This document shows, one piece after another, positions 1 through 14,685 of a DNA stretch of 64,000 bases. The stretch's first letter is position 1. The number at the start of each line of letters is the position of its first letter. The translations under genes and the position numbers were made by a program. Under the pieces are notes generated by a model, which was not told the origin of the DNA, made no database searches, and was given only the letters and a program-made list of their open reading frames with translations. Source of the stretch: Octopus sinensis (Eukaryota); contig NC_042997.1 of assembly GCF_006345805.1 (NCBI RefSeq), positions 28,520,001 through 28,584,000 of the forward strand, written 5' to 3'.

Positions 1-191
1 CAAATATATCCAAAATAGAAAATCTTCAGCACATCTCGAGACACGTGATTCGAACTAGAAACTTTCACAGAGTGTGAGAGTCCGGAAGTGAATACTATTA
101 AATTTACATCTAATGTAGGATAATTTTTTTTCAAAAAAATTTCTTCAATGGCCAGCATATTAAAAGATACCTTTAAAGGTTAAATTTATAA

Positions 192-413
192 ATAACTTAT
201 AAAATAAGGGCAAAAGAAAAATTCTACTGCCTAATATCCCGAAAGTAGACAAAATTGTCAATAATCATTATAATTTATGCGTCTCGAAACAAGTCGATAG
301 AAATTTCTAAAAAATTCCGAGACGCATAAATTATAATGGTTATTGACAATTTTGTCTATTTTCGGCATATTTGGGCAATAGAATTTGTCTTTTGCCCTTA
401 TTTTATAAGTTAT
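192..413. mobile_element. Foldback/MITE-like element (about 95-bp imperfect inverted arms, 31-nt spacer)
   Basis: ataacttataaaataagggcaaaag...ttatgcgtctcg (192-286) is the near reverse complement of cgagacgcataa...cttttgcccttattttataagttat (318-413). Confidence 0.75.
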
Positions 414-449
414 ATATATGATATATTGATCCATTCTTGTTGCTTTTTT

Positions 450-534
<85 letters not shown>

Positions 535-879
535 ATACTACCAATTTTATTGAACTCATAATACTTTTTGTTGAATACTTTCTTAAAAACTTTCTTGTAA
601 ACTGTTTTTAACAGTTTATCAGATAATGTATAACTGTATTTTAATACTTTTGTGATAAACAGTGCTTAATACAACAAAGCTTATACAAAGCTTTACATTT
701 TACTTTTGACAAATTTTTCTAAAAAAGTGAAACCGGCCAAGTCAATAACCATCTTTAAAATTACATTTTCAGACATTCTTTCATATATATTTCCAGTCGT
801 GTGGTACCTTACAACTTTACTTTGTTGTACATATATATATATAAACATGCATACAGGTGCACACATATATGTGCGCTTG

Positions 880-1020
880 TATGTAGCCGTGTGGTGAGAA
901 TTTTTGCCACCTAACCAAATGATGACACCCTTAACTAATGTCTTTCGCTGTAGACCAGGACTGCCAAAGCCTTGTGAGTGGATTTAGTAGAAATTGAAAG
1001 AAGCATCCATGCGTCTGTGT
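880..1020 (+). mobile_element. Decayed 5' half of a tRNA-derived SINE
   Basis: aaagccttgtgagtggatttagtagaaattgaaagaagc matches the SINE at 28936-29385. Confidence 0.55.
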
Positions 1021-1600
1021 GTATGTGGTTGTGTGAATAGAGACAATTAGATATTTCATTTATTATGTATGGAAAAAATGCAAAGCTATATATAAGAATA
1101 AAAACGATATTATGATTACTTTCAAACTTTAGTACCAATACAATATGAAGGAGAAAAATATTTGTTATTGACGTAAAACAAAAGCGTATACAAAATAATT
1201 TTGAAGGTTAGGGAAATTAAATATCATTTTATGGTTCAGGACTGTAATTTGAATGGAAGAATTTGCTTGGATAGATTTTGTATTGCAACGACGTTAAATA
1301 GATAGTTAAAAATATGAATATGCTTTCTAATGATTTAGCGATTGAATACTATATTAATGTGTAAATTTCTAAGAGGCCTCTTTTGTATTTTATAATTTGC
1401 CAAATGAGTTCTATATTTTGTGTATTTCTATGCGCTTGCTTTTGTGCAGTTGCTATGAAATAGGCATGAATGTGAGAACGCGTGTGGTTATTTTCATATC
1501 TATACGCATTAATGTACGTACATATGTTTAGATTATTTTAGGATATAGTATATATATATGTATATATATATATATATGTATGTATATATATAATATATAT

Positions 1601-1662
<62 letters not shown>

Positions 1663-2189
1663 TCGACATAAGCTGCCTGTAATATTATTTGAAATATACA
1701 CATACACACACATATATATATATCAGCTATAAGTTCCTAAAATACCTCTTATATAGGTACTACATTTTGTAATTAGTTCTGAGAGATATTTCTTTTTACA
1801 AATGCCTGTTGTTCAAATTTTGAGAGTCTGGTATGGTTATGTACAGCATTGTGCGAATTACAAAACTTGTGCCCGTCTGTTTGTGAATGTGTATAGGCGT
1901 ATGTAATTGTGCAAACAGTTGTATGGCATGTACGAGAATTTAGAGTACATGTGTTCTAGTGCTTTTGTATGCGCCTGTGTTTAGTTACCTAATTTGTATT
2001 TTTAAATTTTGTTTCTCGAAAGAATAAAGAAAAATGTTTGTAATAAAGATTTAAAAATGAATGTACAGATTGAACGCTTCTTGAAATAAATAACTGAATT
2101 ATATGTTGTATATTATTACATTTCAATTGTGCTTGAGGTAATTATGTACATACACACACACACACACACACACACATACATATATATAT

Positions 2190-2232
<43 letters not shown>

Positions 2233-2706
2233 GCCGTCTGTATACACAAACATTTATATACATACATGCGAAAATAAATGTACACCCAAACTGCACACGC
2301 ATGCACACACACGCACATACGCATGCACACGCATGCACACACACACATACGCACACACACACGCACACACATATACGCACACACATATATGTGCTATTTT
2401 CACAGTGCACTTGCCTGAATTTTTGTATACGTGCAAAATCATTGGTGTGTTAGCATCTTTATAAGATTTTTCCTGCGAAAAAAAAATATCTGTATGTTAA
2501 TATTTGTTCATTCAAATATTTATTTCAATAATTTCATTTTAAAAAAGTTAGTCCAAGTATGAAAATAATGGTTTGAATAAAGGTGTAAATTGAAACAAAT
2601 TGAAAATATCCAATTATATTTTATATAATGTAAGAAAATTTATAACGGTTTCTAGTGGATGATACAGTTATAATTATATGCGCATACATATTGATATATA
2701 TATATA

Positions 2707-2764
<58 letters not shown>

Positions 2765-3767
2765 TCATGCATTCATACATATATAAGGATGCATACAAGC
2801 ATCTATACACATATAAGCATACAAAGACACACACACACACACACTTACGCATGTTCATAAGCATGTGTACAGATAAACATACACACATGTATTTAGATGT
2901 ATACAAACATATATGCATATACATATGTATATACATAAACGCATTCAAATTCTCTGCTTCTCTCCATTACATTATTTTTCGCTCCCTTCTTTACACCGTT
3001 GACTATTTAATTATAGTTTATTCGCATCGTCGACACTTTCTACTATTTTTTATTTTCGTTGTCTCTGCGATTGTTTCGTCCATGTCAATTTATCATTCTC
3101 TTTCTCTCTCTTGGCTCTGCTCATACCCTATATATCTCTCCCCTTCATGAATCTGCAGTTTAGCATCATCCCGTTATACTTTTATCTACCCCTTCATACT
3201 TCCTTGAAAAGAACGTTATCTTCGTAAATGACTTTCGACTCTGGGCTTGTTTCATTTATTTACCCATTTTCTTTTCACTACTATTTATATTTGTTTTGTT
3301 CTCTTAATGTTACTTTGCACAATTTCCCTAGATACTATCGTCGTATCGAAACACGTTATGCGTATACTTTTGTAAATTTCCTGCTTTGTTTCCCACTTCT
3401 TGTCTTGGTTTACCGTATTGGTCGAAAGCTATTTTTTGGTGATCATCATTGTCATTACTTTTGCTCTTTCGTCTTTTCCCTTTAGCTCTCTACAGCTCAT
3501 GACCTTCCACAGTGCTGATAACAGACAATTGCATATCAGTGTCGGAATATATAGAAATTTTAATGATGTTTGGTCAACAATTTTAAGCAATATATTCATT
3601 GTGGCTTCTTTTGTGAGTCATACTTAAAAAATTCTCTGTCAAAAATATGTACACAATTTTCAGTTGTTCACGCACAGAGACACACACACCCATCACACAC
3701 ACACAACACAAATACACACACACATGTATATATATATATATATTATATATATATATATAATATATAT

Positions 3768-4288
3768 GCTGGCTGCCCCCTCGTTATCGAGTATGGCCAT
3801 TGCGCGAAGCTTAATCAATGTTGTTATCGTGCAATGCCTGTACAAGAAGATTTTTTTGTGAGGAAAGGCTGTGCACTGAGTCAATCCCACTCACTAAGCA
3901 ACAGCAGCCATAATCCGAAAAGAAGAACAAGTCAACATCATCGGTAACCACTGAGCCGCAGGTTTTATGTCGGAGTTATCCCAGTTACCTGAGTTACCTT
4001 CTCCTAGAAGGATGCCCTAACAAAGGCTAGGAGTCCTTCACTTCCAATGGTTTAACCGCGCGATCGGTTATTCAGTCCGATTATTTCTATTTCCCCGCGC
4101 ATGATACAGCCTTAAGACATTTATTGGATGGCCGTTGACTCTCAAGAGTTCCTCCGCCCTTTGACAGGTTTTGTATTTCATCCCTCAGGGTGTCCAATAA
4201 ACACCCTCTTCACTAAGTAAGCTTGTTGGGGTTGCCGGTTTAGTCGCCGATCATGCAACAGCTTGTACTGGGTTACGTATATATATAT
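3768..4288. mobile_element. Unclassified GC-richer insert of about 520 bp within a (TA)n tract
   Basis: A non-repetitive, GC-richer block bounded on both sides by (TA)n. No convincing ORF. Family not identified. Confidence 0.4.
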
Positions 4289-4635
4289 ATATACAAAGTA
4301 TAGGGCAGACAGTAGTTTATCAGTTTAGCACAAGCGAGTAAGACTTAATATAATTTACCATACATTCGCTAAATATTTTAGGTGTATGTATAATGATGAG
4401 CGCTCTCTAATATAAATCACACCGAATCCGTTGGAACTTCCAGTATGTTACAACAATTGGCAGGCTTGACAGCCTAAGTATTTTTTTTATTACTACTGTA
4501 TAGAGGAAAGTAAAAGTCTTAAATGGGGTATCTCACTAAGTCTATGTATTAGACACACGATCGCACGTTATATGTGTGTATGCCGTTATTTATATGTATG
4601 TAGGTATGTATCTGTGTATACACACACACACAAAC

Positions 4636-4681
<46 letters not shown>

Positions 4682-5126
4682 CATTGAAGAAGATAGTAGA
4701 TAGTCATCAAGAACGTGTACAAATGTTTTCATACATCATAGTTCTTCGGATATACAGGTATTTGATTATGCAACCAATGAGATCTAATTGTATTTCCTCA
4801 GGTGATATTCAATTGCTGTCACCGTTATTTAATAAACCTTCGACTAAACCTTTCAACTTTTTAGACGCTGGAATTTCTCTTCCGCTTTCTGTTAACTTGC
4901 ATCTGCGTGCCTGGTATGAGTGGATTAGATGTATTGTATGTTTATCTTGGTACTGTCAGCTTTTTTGAGCTCTTCCTCATGTTAGGCAGCACATGTGAAA
5001 TTTTATTATCTCATCTTCAGTATTCGGTGTTCCAGAGACACACAAACTCTCACCCATATACATTCATGTATATATGCCCAAATGCATACACTCACAGATA
5101 CCTTCATACATATTCAACTACTTACG

Positions 5127-5185
<59 letters not shown>

Positions 5186-5254
5186 CATATACATCTCTGG
5201 GTATCCCCAGATATCTATCTATCTATCTATCTATCTCTCTCTCTCTCTCCCTCA

Positions 5255-5314
<60 letters not shown>

Positions 5315-5799
5315 GAAAGAGAGAGAGGGAGAGAGAGTGAGAGAGACGATAAGAAATGGACCAATAATTAACAATGAAAAGTGGATTATTGGTTTTTTAA
5401 AGTCATTATTTAATTGAAATAAGAGTGTGTTTACAGGTGTTTCTATTTATCAACATGGGGTAAATTTACATTTACCTCGTTACAATTGATAAACATCTTC
5501 AGAACAATTATATGGCAAAGATAAAATAGAAAGAAAAAATAATAGGAAAAATGTTCGTTAATCCAATAGACTTACATTTTAGTACCTTACACACACACAC
5601 ATACACAACGATCAACAAATACATTCATATACATATATACGCACATATTCATATATCTACATATATGTTTGTACATAGATATATTTTTGGGCACTCCAAC
5701 ATATATGCATGTACATACTGTATGGCAATGAGAGGAAGGGTGGGAAGGCGTTTGGGAAAACCTGAATTATAATTAATATTTTTATACAGTGTCCCATCT

Positions 5800-7030
5800 T
5801 GAAAATACATATTTGGCGCGGTGTTAGTACCTCGGAATTTTCTCATCATGCCTGCTTACCAGGTTTTTATTACTCAATGCTTCCTCAAGTCAAATGTCAA
5901 ATTCACCGGATAGCAAATTACATGGGTGTGCTTTTTTTTATTTTTGACCATTCCATTTTGTATTTAATTTTTGATTTTTTTCTGTCTCCATGGCAGCTCT
6001 GCCAGTGAAATTGCGTGTTATCTGTTTATCTTTCGGAAGCATGAGATATGGTTGAGATAACGGACTTTGAATTGGTTTTCCGGGCCACCTATGTATCCGT
6101 ATTTGTGTTGGAGTGTGGTGATTCTGCATTTGTATATTATGTTTTTTTTTTTGACACAATGGTTGATGAGCAGACAAGCGGAATTTCCGCGGCCGGTATA
6201 GTTATTTAATTTTGTGTTTATCTGGTGATATTTTGCTTCTGTATACGTGATGTTCCACTTGATTGTTAGTGTCTGAAGCGTTCTGGGTGCTGCAATCCAT
6301 TTTGTTCGCTTTTTTTTGATAATTCGTTTTCATCTTATTGTCATCGTCTTGTACGTTATCTAAGCGTCTGTGGCCTATACTTTGTTTATTTTTTGTTATA
6401 GGCCCTAAATTCTGTTATGTTTGATTTGTTTGTTCATTTTCAGCGCACATTGGTGGTTTAATTTCCTGTTGTATTTAAGTCTGTTGTACTCTATGTAGTT
6501 AAATGTTGCGTACGATATTTTCGCTGTGTGCTTGTTGAATATACGGTAGTATCTATGTGTTTTAGAGAAGTATCTATTTAATGCTGCAATGAATTGCTTA
6601 CCTATCTTGAAACCAAAAAACTGGATTATACCACATGATTCACGAATTTTCTATCTTTTATTTGGTTCCTTCCTCGTATTTTGCGTGCTGTTGTGATTTT
6701 GTGTGTCTGTATTCCTATTACTGCTATTCTTTGGGGTTATATCTGTTTTCTAATATTTCCGTTATTCATCGGATTTATTCATTTTTATTGTTATTTCACT
6801 TCATTGCAGTATGTGCATGCTGGTTGAATATTTCCTCTGTAGGTGATAATCTTGATATTTTGGTGGCTATGTTCTTACTTATTCCCTTGGTTAGGGAACT
6901 CATTCGTCTTGTGCTATGGTACATACAGGTCTGCTTCCAAATTAAAGTTCGCATCTAGGAAGTTTACCTTGTGGTAATTACAGTCTACGGTTATTGAAAG
7001 GTCGAAACTTCTGTTTTGAACAGGAGATAA
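5800..7030 (-). pseudogene. Decayed Penelope-like element: RT thumb plus GIY-YIG endonuclease (5'-truncated)
   Basis: Minus-strand hand translation across frameshifts gives KVNFLDANFNLEADLYVP*HK, ISKNIATKISRLSPTEEIFNQHA, IMWYNP, KIGKQFIAALNRYFSKTHRYYRIFNKHTAKISY, ACLLINHCVKKKNIIYKCRIT...YGYIGG.ENQFKVRYLNH and ...HRAKY. These are collinear with the ORFs at 58787-61481. Confidence 0.85.
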
Positions 7031-7049
7031 TGAAAAAGAATATGTTTAA

Positions 7050-7665
7050 GTAGGTGGCTGAAGCAGATGCTTAGTTTGGTTCAGCGAGCTCATCAGGATG
7101 TCTGAAAGAAAAATGTTTGCAAATGAGAAAATGGGGTTTTTTCTTAATGTCAATGGAAAATAGAGGGAAAGAAAGGAAGGATGAAAAAAGACAAAAATGT
7201 GCTTATATCTACACAGTTGGTCAGTTGTTTCAATAGATGACAAGTTGATTGTTGGTCTGTGAAAATGGCAAGACCAGGTGGTTACTCTAAGGGGGTCTAT
7301 ATTGATGAGGAATATTGAAAGTTATTTTGCAAAAGCATTGTCTGGACTTATCATCATCAACAACATCATCATCATTATGATAATCCAAACAATCTTTTGA
7401 AAAATAACTACCATTATTCCTCATCAAAACAGACCCCCACCCCTTAGTATAACCACCTGGTCTTGCCATTTTCACAGACCAAGAATCAATTTGTCATCTT
7501 CTACTGAAACAAGTGACCAACTGCATAGATATAAACACATTTTTCTTCTTTCTTTCTTTCTTTCTTTCCCTCTTTCTTTCCTTCTATTTTCCATAGACAT
7601 TAAGAAGAAAACACATTCTTTTCACTTTGGCTGAACCAAGGGAAGCATCTGTTCCAACCACCTTC
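7050..7665. mobile_element. Long-TIR foldback MITE with TTAA target duplication (Kolobok- or piggyBac-like)
   Basis: Imperfect inverted arms of about 300 bp (gtaggtggctgaagcagatgct... / ...agcatctgttccaaccaccttc) surround an (ATC)n spacer. TTAA lies at 7046-7049 and 7666-7669. Confidence 0.7.
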
Positions 7666-8058
7666 TTAAAAATATTTTCTTTATCTCAAAACACTTCCTT
7701 TCAAATACACAGGCACACAGACACACGCGCGTGCACACTGACACACTAACACACACAGTCTCTCTCATTTTCTTCCTCCACTATCTCTCCATTTCTCTCA
7801 CTCTTTTCGTGCCTTATACACTTCACATTACTTTCTTCCGCCCTCTCTCTCCGACCCAACCCATTCACTAATACTATAAAAAGAGATACATCCTTTCACA
7901 CTATTTAAATCTGAAGAACCTATTACAGTAGATGAACATATGTGATTTGTAACAACATGACATGTTAATAAATATTTGTATATGTACAAACATTCATATC
8001 TCTGAATACCTTATATTTTCTAATATATAATATTTGTACATCACCTCCAAAACTTCTA

Positions 8059-8175
<117 letters not shown>

Positions 8176-8544
8176 GGTGTATTATGAGAATGTATGGAAC
8201 TCAACACATTTGTTAAATATGGAGACAAGATGTTAAAATTTGAAAGAATTTTAATACATGCATGCGATCGTTTCAAACAGCGATATTAACATGAAGATAT
8301 AAGGTAGTATTATTAAAGTTAATTTGATTACATTAAATTAATTACATATCACTGTTCTCATCAGTACAAAATATACAACAAAAATTATAATTATTACATA
8401 AACTTGATGAAGGAAATAGCAGATAACAAATTCGGATATACATATGTTATCCTTATGAAAGTGTGAGAACATACTAAAGAATGTGAGTCTAGTTCTGTAT
8501 AAACTAAAACTGATGCAGCTAACGGTTATTTGAAAATATGAGTC

Positions 8545-8720
8545 TCTGAGAAGAGCATCGCAGATGTGCATGCAGCTGTGAATAGAAATCGTCGAATCAC
8601 AATCCGTTAATTTTCAGAGGATGTGCAAATTCGCTACGGTTCAGTTCAGTCCATCGTAACTGAAGATTTGGGTATGAGATGCATATCAGTCAAGTTTGTG
8701 TGACGAAAAAGACGAAAAAG
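8545..8720 (+). pseudogene. Mariner transposase fragment (HTH region)
   Basis: Translates to IADVHAAVNRNRRITIR*FSEDVQIRYGSVQSIVTEDLGMRCISVKFV*RK, resembling the mariner DRR.T.R...S.GSV..IL.EDLGM.KV.A.FVPR motif. Confidence 0.6.
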
Positions 8721-10075
8721 ACACTCGGGTTCCAGTTGCATAGGATATCCTTGATTGTGTTGAAAAAGGTTTTGAAAACTTTGCATTTGGCAAAATTTAA
8801 TGCAGATTCTCTGCTCAAAATTCTCTGTTATGTTTCATGTGATGATCAAACGTTACAAAGCACAGTGAACGTGAGCTAGAACGTTAAAACTTAGTGCTCA
8901 AGGACAGAAGAAGTTAAGTTAATCTGTACCAAGCAGCTTTACTCTGCGTACGTTAGACTTGTTACTATGGCTACAGCTCAGACATTATAGATCAGTCCAC
9001 GTCCTTAGATCTCCCTTTACTTTAGGCATGTATATCCCAATATTGTACACCTAATATCACGATAGCCTCCCATTCCATACATAAAACATCGTGCATGTAA
9101 AGCATTATATGCTCACAAATTCACACCGCCACACCACGCAGTCTATACACACCAATTCTTCAAGTTTATGCCTAAAATTAAGTTGAACACAATGCTCTTG
9201 TGAACGCTTATTTGGTCAATAGCTGTTTGTAAAGAGAATATAATCAATGCATTTGTGATGTGGGTGTATAAGAGAATGTTTCGAGTCTCTTACAGTGAAA
9301 GTTGACAACACATGAAAATTGCGAGAAAACAGAAGAGCGTCAATTATAGCCACAATTGAAGAATCAGAGGTCTGGAAATCATTAAAACGGATGGAAGTTT
9401 GGAGGCAAGCTAACAAGGAAATGTACGGTTAGTATCCCGAGCTATTTGAAGAGAAGTTTCCAGGAGGCTGGATAACTTGCTCTTCATCAGGAAGACTTCT
9501 GTTGTAGTATCATTTATACGAATGCAGGCGCATTGATCTTACAGGGATGTGGTGATATCTTCACATAATCTAAGTATATCGTTCTCATATGCCAGGTCAT
9601 ATGTTGAAACATTTTATTACTTTCCCCAAATATTCACTACGTAACAAACAAACACACACACAAAACACACACACACAATCTCTTGTTCATATTCATATAT
9701 ATGATTGCTTCTATATACATACTCATACATGTTTTTACCCATCTTCATCTCCTGCCACACCACATCCTTTCTCCTCAAATTTTCTGTTATGTGTCAATAC
9801 CCACTTTATGTCACTAATCGTCGTTCGATTCCATTTGCGATATTTTCTCTCTCCCCCCCTCTCTCTCTCTCTCCATATATATATATATATATACATCTGC
9901 GTGTAGTGTTTCGTCCACCTGCTTGCAATATATGTCGGGTACAGATTGCATATATAACCAGCTAGAGGAGGTGTCCTTTTGCCTGATAAAAATGGTAGTC
10001 ACATCGATTCGTCCGAACAACCATTTTGGAGTGGTGACAAACGTTACTACGTTCATCTCTTAGACAGATTTCCTG

Positions 10076-10335
<260 letters not shown>

Positions 10336-11315
10336 CATATATATATATACATATATATACATGTGTGTGTATGTGTATGTATGTGCGCGTGTATTTGCGA
10401 ATACATATATGATATGCGAATACATATATGTTTTTGTTTGTTTGTGACCTTGTAGTATCCATACTTTCGGATGCTTATATTGATGTAAAAATATGTTGCT
10501 ACAAAATTGAGTAAATATCGATTAAATCCAGAGAAGAACGATAAACATTATAAAATTGCTTCATAAGATCTTGAGTAAAGAGATCAGTATGAACATCTAA
10601 AGAGAACCTGTTGTGATGGCGGATCCTCAGGTCGTTGATACTATGTTTTGTAAGTGTTCATCCACATCAATTAACTCCTTCTGCTTACTGTAATTGTGAA
10701 TCACCCCTTTCTCCTGCCCATTTACATTTTATATATGAATAGTCATGAAGAATTTAGTTTCCAAGAAAGAATAGTCATATTGCAAGTGTATTCTTATTTA
10801 TTTCCTTGTATAATTTACATCGATTTTATGAAAACGTAATGTTACAAGTAATATATTTGTTATTGTTGTCGACAACAAATATATAATTGAAAGCGATTTG
10901 CCAACTTTATTAGTCAGACGCAAATCTTTCATTTTATTGAAAATATGCTGCCTGCGACTGAGAATGCGAATCAATAACTGACCATTATATTTGTAACTTT
11001 TACTGTTTTTGTGTGTCTTTTCTTATATTTCTTACGCGAATAAACACGCAAAATCATCCAAGAGAAAGGTAATGCTCAAGTGTAGTGAAGGCTTTAGAAA
11101 TTGAGTTTTTACTGCAATGGAAACGAAAATATCGTCAAACCGAAAGCTGTGAAGGGAGTCTTAACAAAATGCATATGAATTGATTTTCTTTATGATCAAC
11201 TAAATTAAAAGAGAATAATAGATTGTATTTAGAATGTGCCAAACCCTGCTACCGAAGTCAAACATAGATAAGAAAACGGTTAAACAGTACATTGAGGAAG
11301 AGACACGAATCGCTG

Positions 11316-11318
11316 TTA

Positions 11319-11371
<53 letters not shown>

Positions 11372-11377
11372 ATAATA

Positions 11378-11419
<42 letters not shown>

Positions 11420-11655
11420 TAATAATAATAATACCACCACCACCAAAACCACCACCACCACTACCACCACCAATACTACTACTACTACTACTACTGCTAC
11501 TACTACTACTACTGCTACTACTACTACTACTACGACGACGACGACGACGACGACGACGACAACGACGACGACGACGACGGGGACGATGACTACTGCTGCT
11601 GCTGCTGCCGCTGCTGCTACGACTGCCGCCACTCTTGCCGCTCTTGCGGCTGCTG
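11316..11655. repeat. Compound trinucleotide microsatellite (CTA)n-(ATA)n-(CCA)n-(CTA)n-(CGA)n-(CTG)n
   Basis: Direct reading. It explains the poly-S/R/G/I/V ORFs in the track. Confidence 0.95.
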
Positions 11656-13368
11656 TAAGAACGTTTATAATGATAATACAATGAAAATAAAATATAAAGT
11701 TTTAAATTATTTATTTATTAACAGAAATATCTTCGTCTAAAGAATACACCCCATTGCGCATGAGGAGAGACCAATCCAGAAAGATAGTTATTGCAATAAC
11801 CTGGTTTTCTACCAAACCCGGAAAATATATTTTCTTTGGCATGGATCCAATTTAATTTCCTAAGAAATTCATGTGTTATCAATGTGTTATCATGTATACA
11901 TTGTGAATTGCAAAATTAAAATATGGAATGTCAAATAAAGTTATCAGTTAACTATATTTAGAATCACACCCGATCATGTTGTAAGAAGTATGCCATATGA
12001 TACACTAATATTGGTTACACTCTGACTGAAAGAAAGATTAGTGCGTTAATGAAGATCGCGACTTCTTTCGTTGTATAAGTACCCTGATTAATATCTGAAT
12101 TCATGATATATTGGCAATGGTAACAAAGCACCAACATGAGCAACGGGAAGGAAAATACTTCCTAGATTAGGAAGGAGTCACAAAAACAAAGTTGTAATCT
12201 TTCTTACACAAACCTACATGATGGTCATAAATGTTCTGTGCTGTCAAGGCTTACCGAAATAATAGTTTCAAAGTCCAAATAGCAGCCTTGTTGTCAATTA
12301 TACCACATGTTACCACGGACTACTTTACGATAGTCTGAGCGGAAATTCACATCAGGCTATCAAGAAGTTTCCATCATGTTTATCGTAGTATATGAATATG
12401 CACTATCATCACAGTGCCTATTTCAAATCGCAACATTGCTATAACAAATAAAAATTTACTACACTATTACACCTTTTCTAAGATATCCTTCAACAGGTAT
12501 CATGTCCATATAAATATCAAATATCAAATATTTATGAAGTACTTAACAGTTGCTCTTTTGCAGAGGCATGAACAGGAATGCATCAAATACTTCCCCTAGT
12601 AGATGTCTTACAGCTCCATCCCCTTCACAAGGTAAGAAATTCTCCTGCCTGCTGATATTTTCAGCATCCATTTACTGTGTCCTCGCCAAATAGCGGCAGC
12701 ATTCAACGAAAACCTCATGTTGTAGACTATGAAACTTGTGCAATTACTTCTTCATTTACCATTTACCATTTTCCGAAACAGAGTTGCTCCTATCAGTTAT
12801 TAGTTGTAGTGGTCTGACAAGATTGGAATTATATTTATTACCGTGTCCAACCCATTCATCGTCTCTAACAAAGGAATAAAATACTGCTGGAAAAACGCTA
12901 AAATCTGCATAAGAACCAAGTGATCCACACTGTTTCATTGATCAAATTGTGGATTTGTTGCCCACACAAAAGATTAGTACATGTCGTTTTATCATTTGGT
13001 TCTTAACTGTGACAAAACGGCATTCATATATGTTGTCGCAGAAACTTTCCTATCTATCTTTTTTTCTCTCTATCGCTATAATTTTACTAATACCGATAAT
13101 CTCATACTTAATTGCTCTTCCCATGACCGAAATAAATAACCAAATGCTGAAAAGTAAATGTATGATTCTAAAACTATCATTATGGAATTATATTTTCATT
13201 CTTCAAGCAGCATATTTGCTATTTTAATTTTGCGCGGAAAAAAATTTGATGTATTTCAGTAAAAGAATATATAATTGGAACGCCGTCGGTCACCAAGACG
13301 AGCAGCCGATCCATACATTTGATTTTGCTTCTCTTCATGACTAACACACCTCACTTTCTCAGTCCTAA

Positions 13369-13900
13369 CTAGATATCAGCACTGAAGGTATACACCGTGT
13401 CAACGAGAGAACTGACTTGGGCATCATCTTTACCATAAAGTTTGAAGTTATCCATAAATACCAAATCATTGAACTGAATACATACAAAGACTTTGCTTTC
13501 CTCAGAATCAACGTTAGTGGTATCTAGCACCTTAAAGAGGTCAGTGGGCACAGGCAGTTCTGTTTGAAGATGCCCTTCCTAATATCTACTATCCCTAAAC
13601 TTCTTCCGTATGCTGTCAGATCCGTTCTCCAATTCGCCATAATTTTTCCAAGCAATCATTCAATATTCGACGCAGTACCAAATAGGTTTTTACATTCCAT
13701 AATCCCAGAATCCGGGATTATATCGTACGCCTTACAATATTCGATCCATGACATGGCTAAGTTACTTTTCCTCCTCTTACAGTCTCTAAGTACATTTTTA
13801 TCTATTAGGAGTTTATTCTTGGTGCCTCTGCACTTATGCTTGCAACTCGTCTGCTGATGTGGCAGGACGCCATTTCTTCCAGATATTGGTACATTGACCC
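13369..13900 (-). pseudogene. R4/Dong-type (RLE clade) non-LTR retrotransposon RT fragment
   Basis: [46 protein letters not shown]...IRKGIF...FMDNFKLYGKDD...LVDTVYTFSADI matches the R4-clade RT motifs GTKDQLLID, AWIDY.KAYD and FMDDLKLY. Stops and frameshifts are present. Confidence 0.85.
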
Positions 13901-14361
13901 TGCGAGTATTCCAGTGAATAACTTCCACATAAGTGGCAAACAGGATATCGGCCATTAATTGTCTATCGCATTGCCTTTTTCGATGTATACCATTAACGTA
14001 GTTCTCAGGGAGGTTTAGCCTCACAGAGAATATGACAATTCTGACCCCTTTCAATTACAGCTACAATTCCACTTGGCCAGCTGAGTGGACTGGAGCAAGA
14101 TAAATTTTCAAGTGGCTGGAAGAAAACAAAAGTAGATCTTATATAGGAGGGCAGGAAAATCTCTTTAGTCGTTCGGCTCACTATGGTTGTTAATCTTGTC
14201 CTAACCGCAGCATTTATGGGTCTCACAGATCTGGAGGCCAACCCGCAGAAAAATACCGATGCGCAGGGTATTGCTTTCAATCTGAGCACATGACAATACT
14301 AAGCACATGACATATTTACCTTACGCAATGGAACATTTTCTTTTCCTTCATTCATTCAGAA

Positions 14362-14685
14362 AATGGCACTCCGTCGGTTACGACGACGAGGTTCCAGTTT
14401 ATCTGATCAATGGAACAGTCTGCTCGTAAGATAAACGCACAAGCGGCTGAGTACTCCTCAGATATGCATACCATAACGTAGTTCTTAGAGAGTTTCAGCC
14501 TCACGCAGAATTTGACCAGGCTGGCCACATTCAATTACAATTACAGCTATTTTTTTCCAGCTGAATGGACTGCAACAAGGTGAAGTAGAGTACCTAACGC
14601 AAAAACACACACATCGCACCGCCGGGAATCGTACTCATTACTTTATGCTCGTGGGCCGAATTCCCCTAACCACTGAGTCATACAT
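14362..14685 (-). mobile_element. Decayed tRNA-derived SINE, same family as 21275-21667
   Basis: Shares gcactccgtcggttacgacga, ggaacag..tgctcgt and aacgtagttct blocks. A tRNA-like head lies near 14610-14680. Confidence 0.7.

Noticed and set aside
4700-5000. Minus-strand relic frame ...KHTIHLIHSYQARRCKLTESGREIPASKKLKGLVEGLL...
   Set aside because: Looks coding-derived but has stops, and I cannot assign a family without a search.
9445-9500. Minus-strand AGAAG-TC-TTC-CTGATGA-AGAGC...GAAA-CTTCT hammerhead-like string
   Set aside because: The core and a possible stem III are present, but stem I is missing and stem II does not close. At best a decayed motif.
9976-10042. CTGATAA plus the stem AAAATGGT/ACCATTTT
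   Set aside because: No GAAA or UH site, and C3-A8 is unpaired.
12100-12720. Possible very old Tc1-like transposase
   Set aside because: Only faint motif resemblance and no TIRs found.
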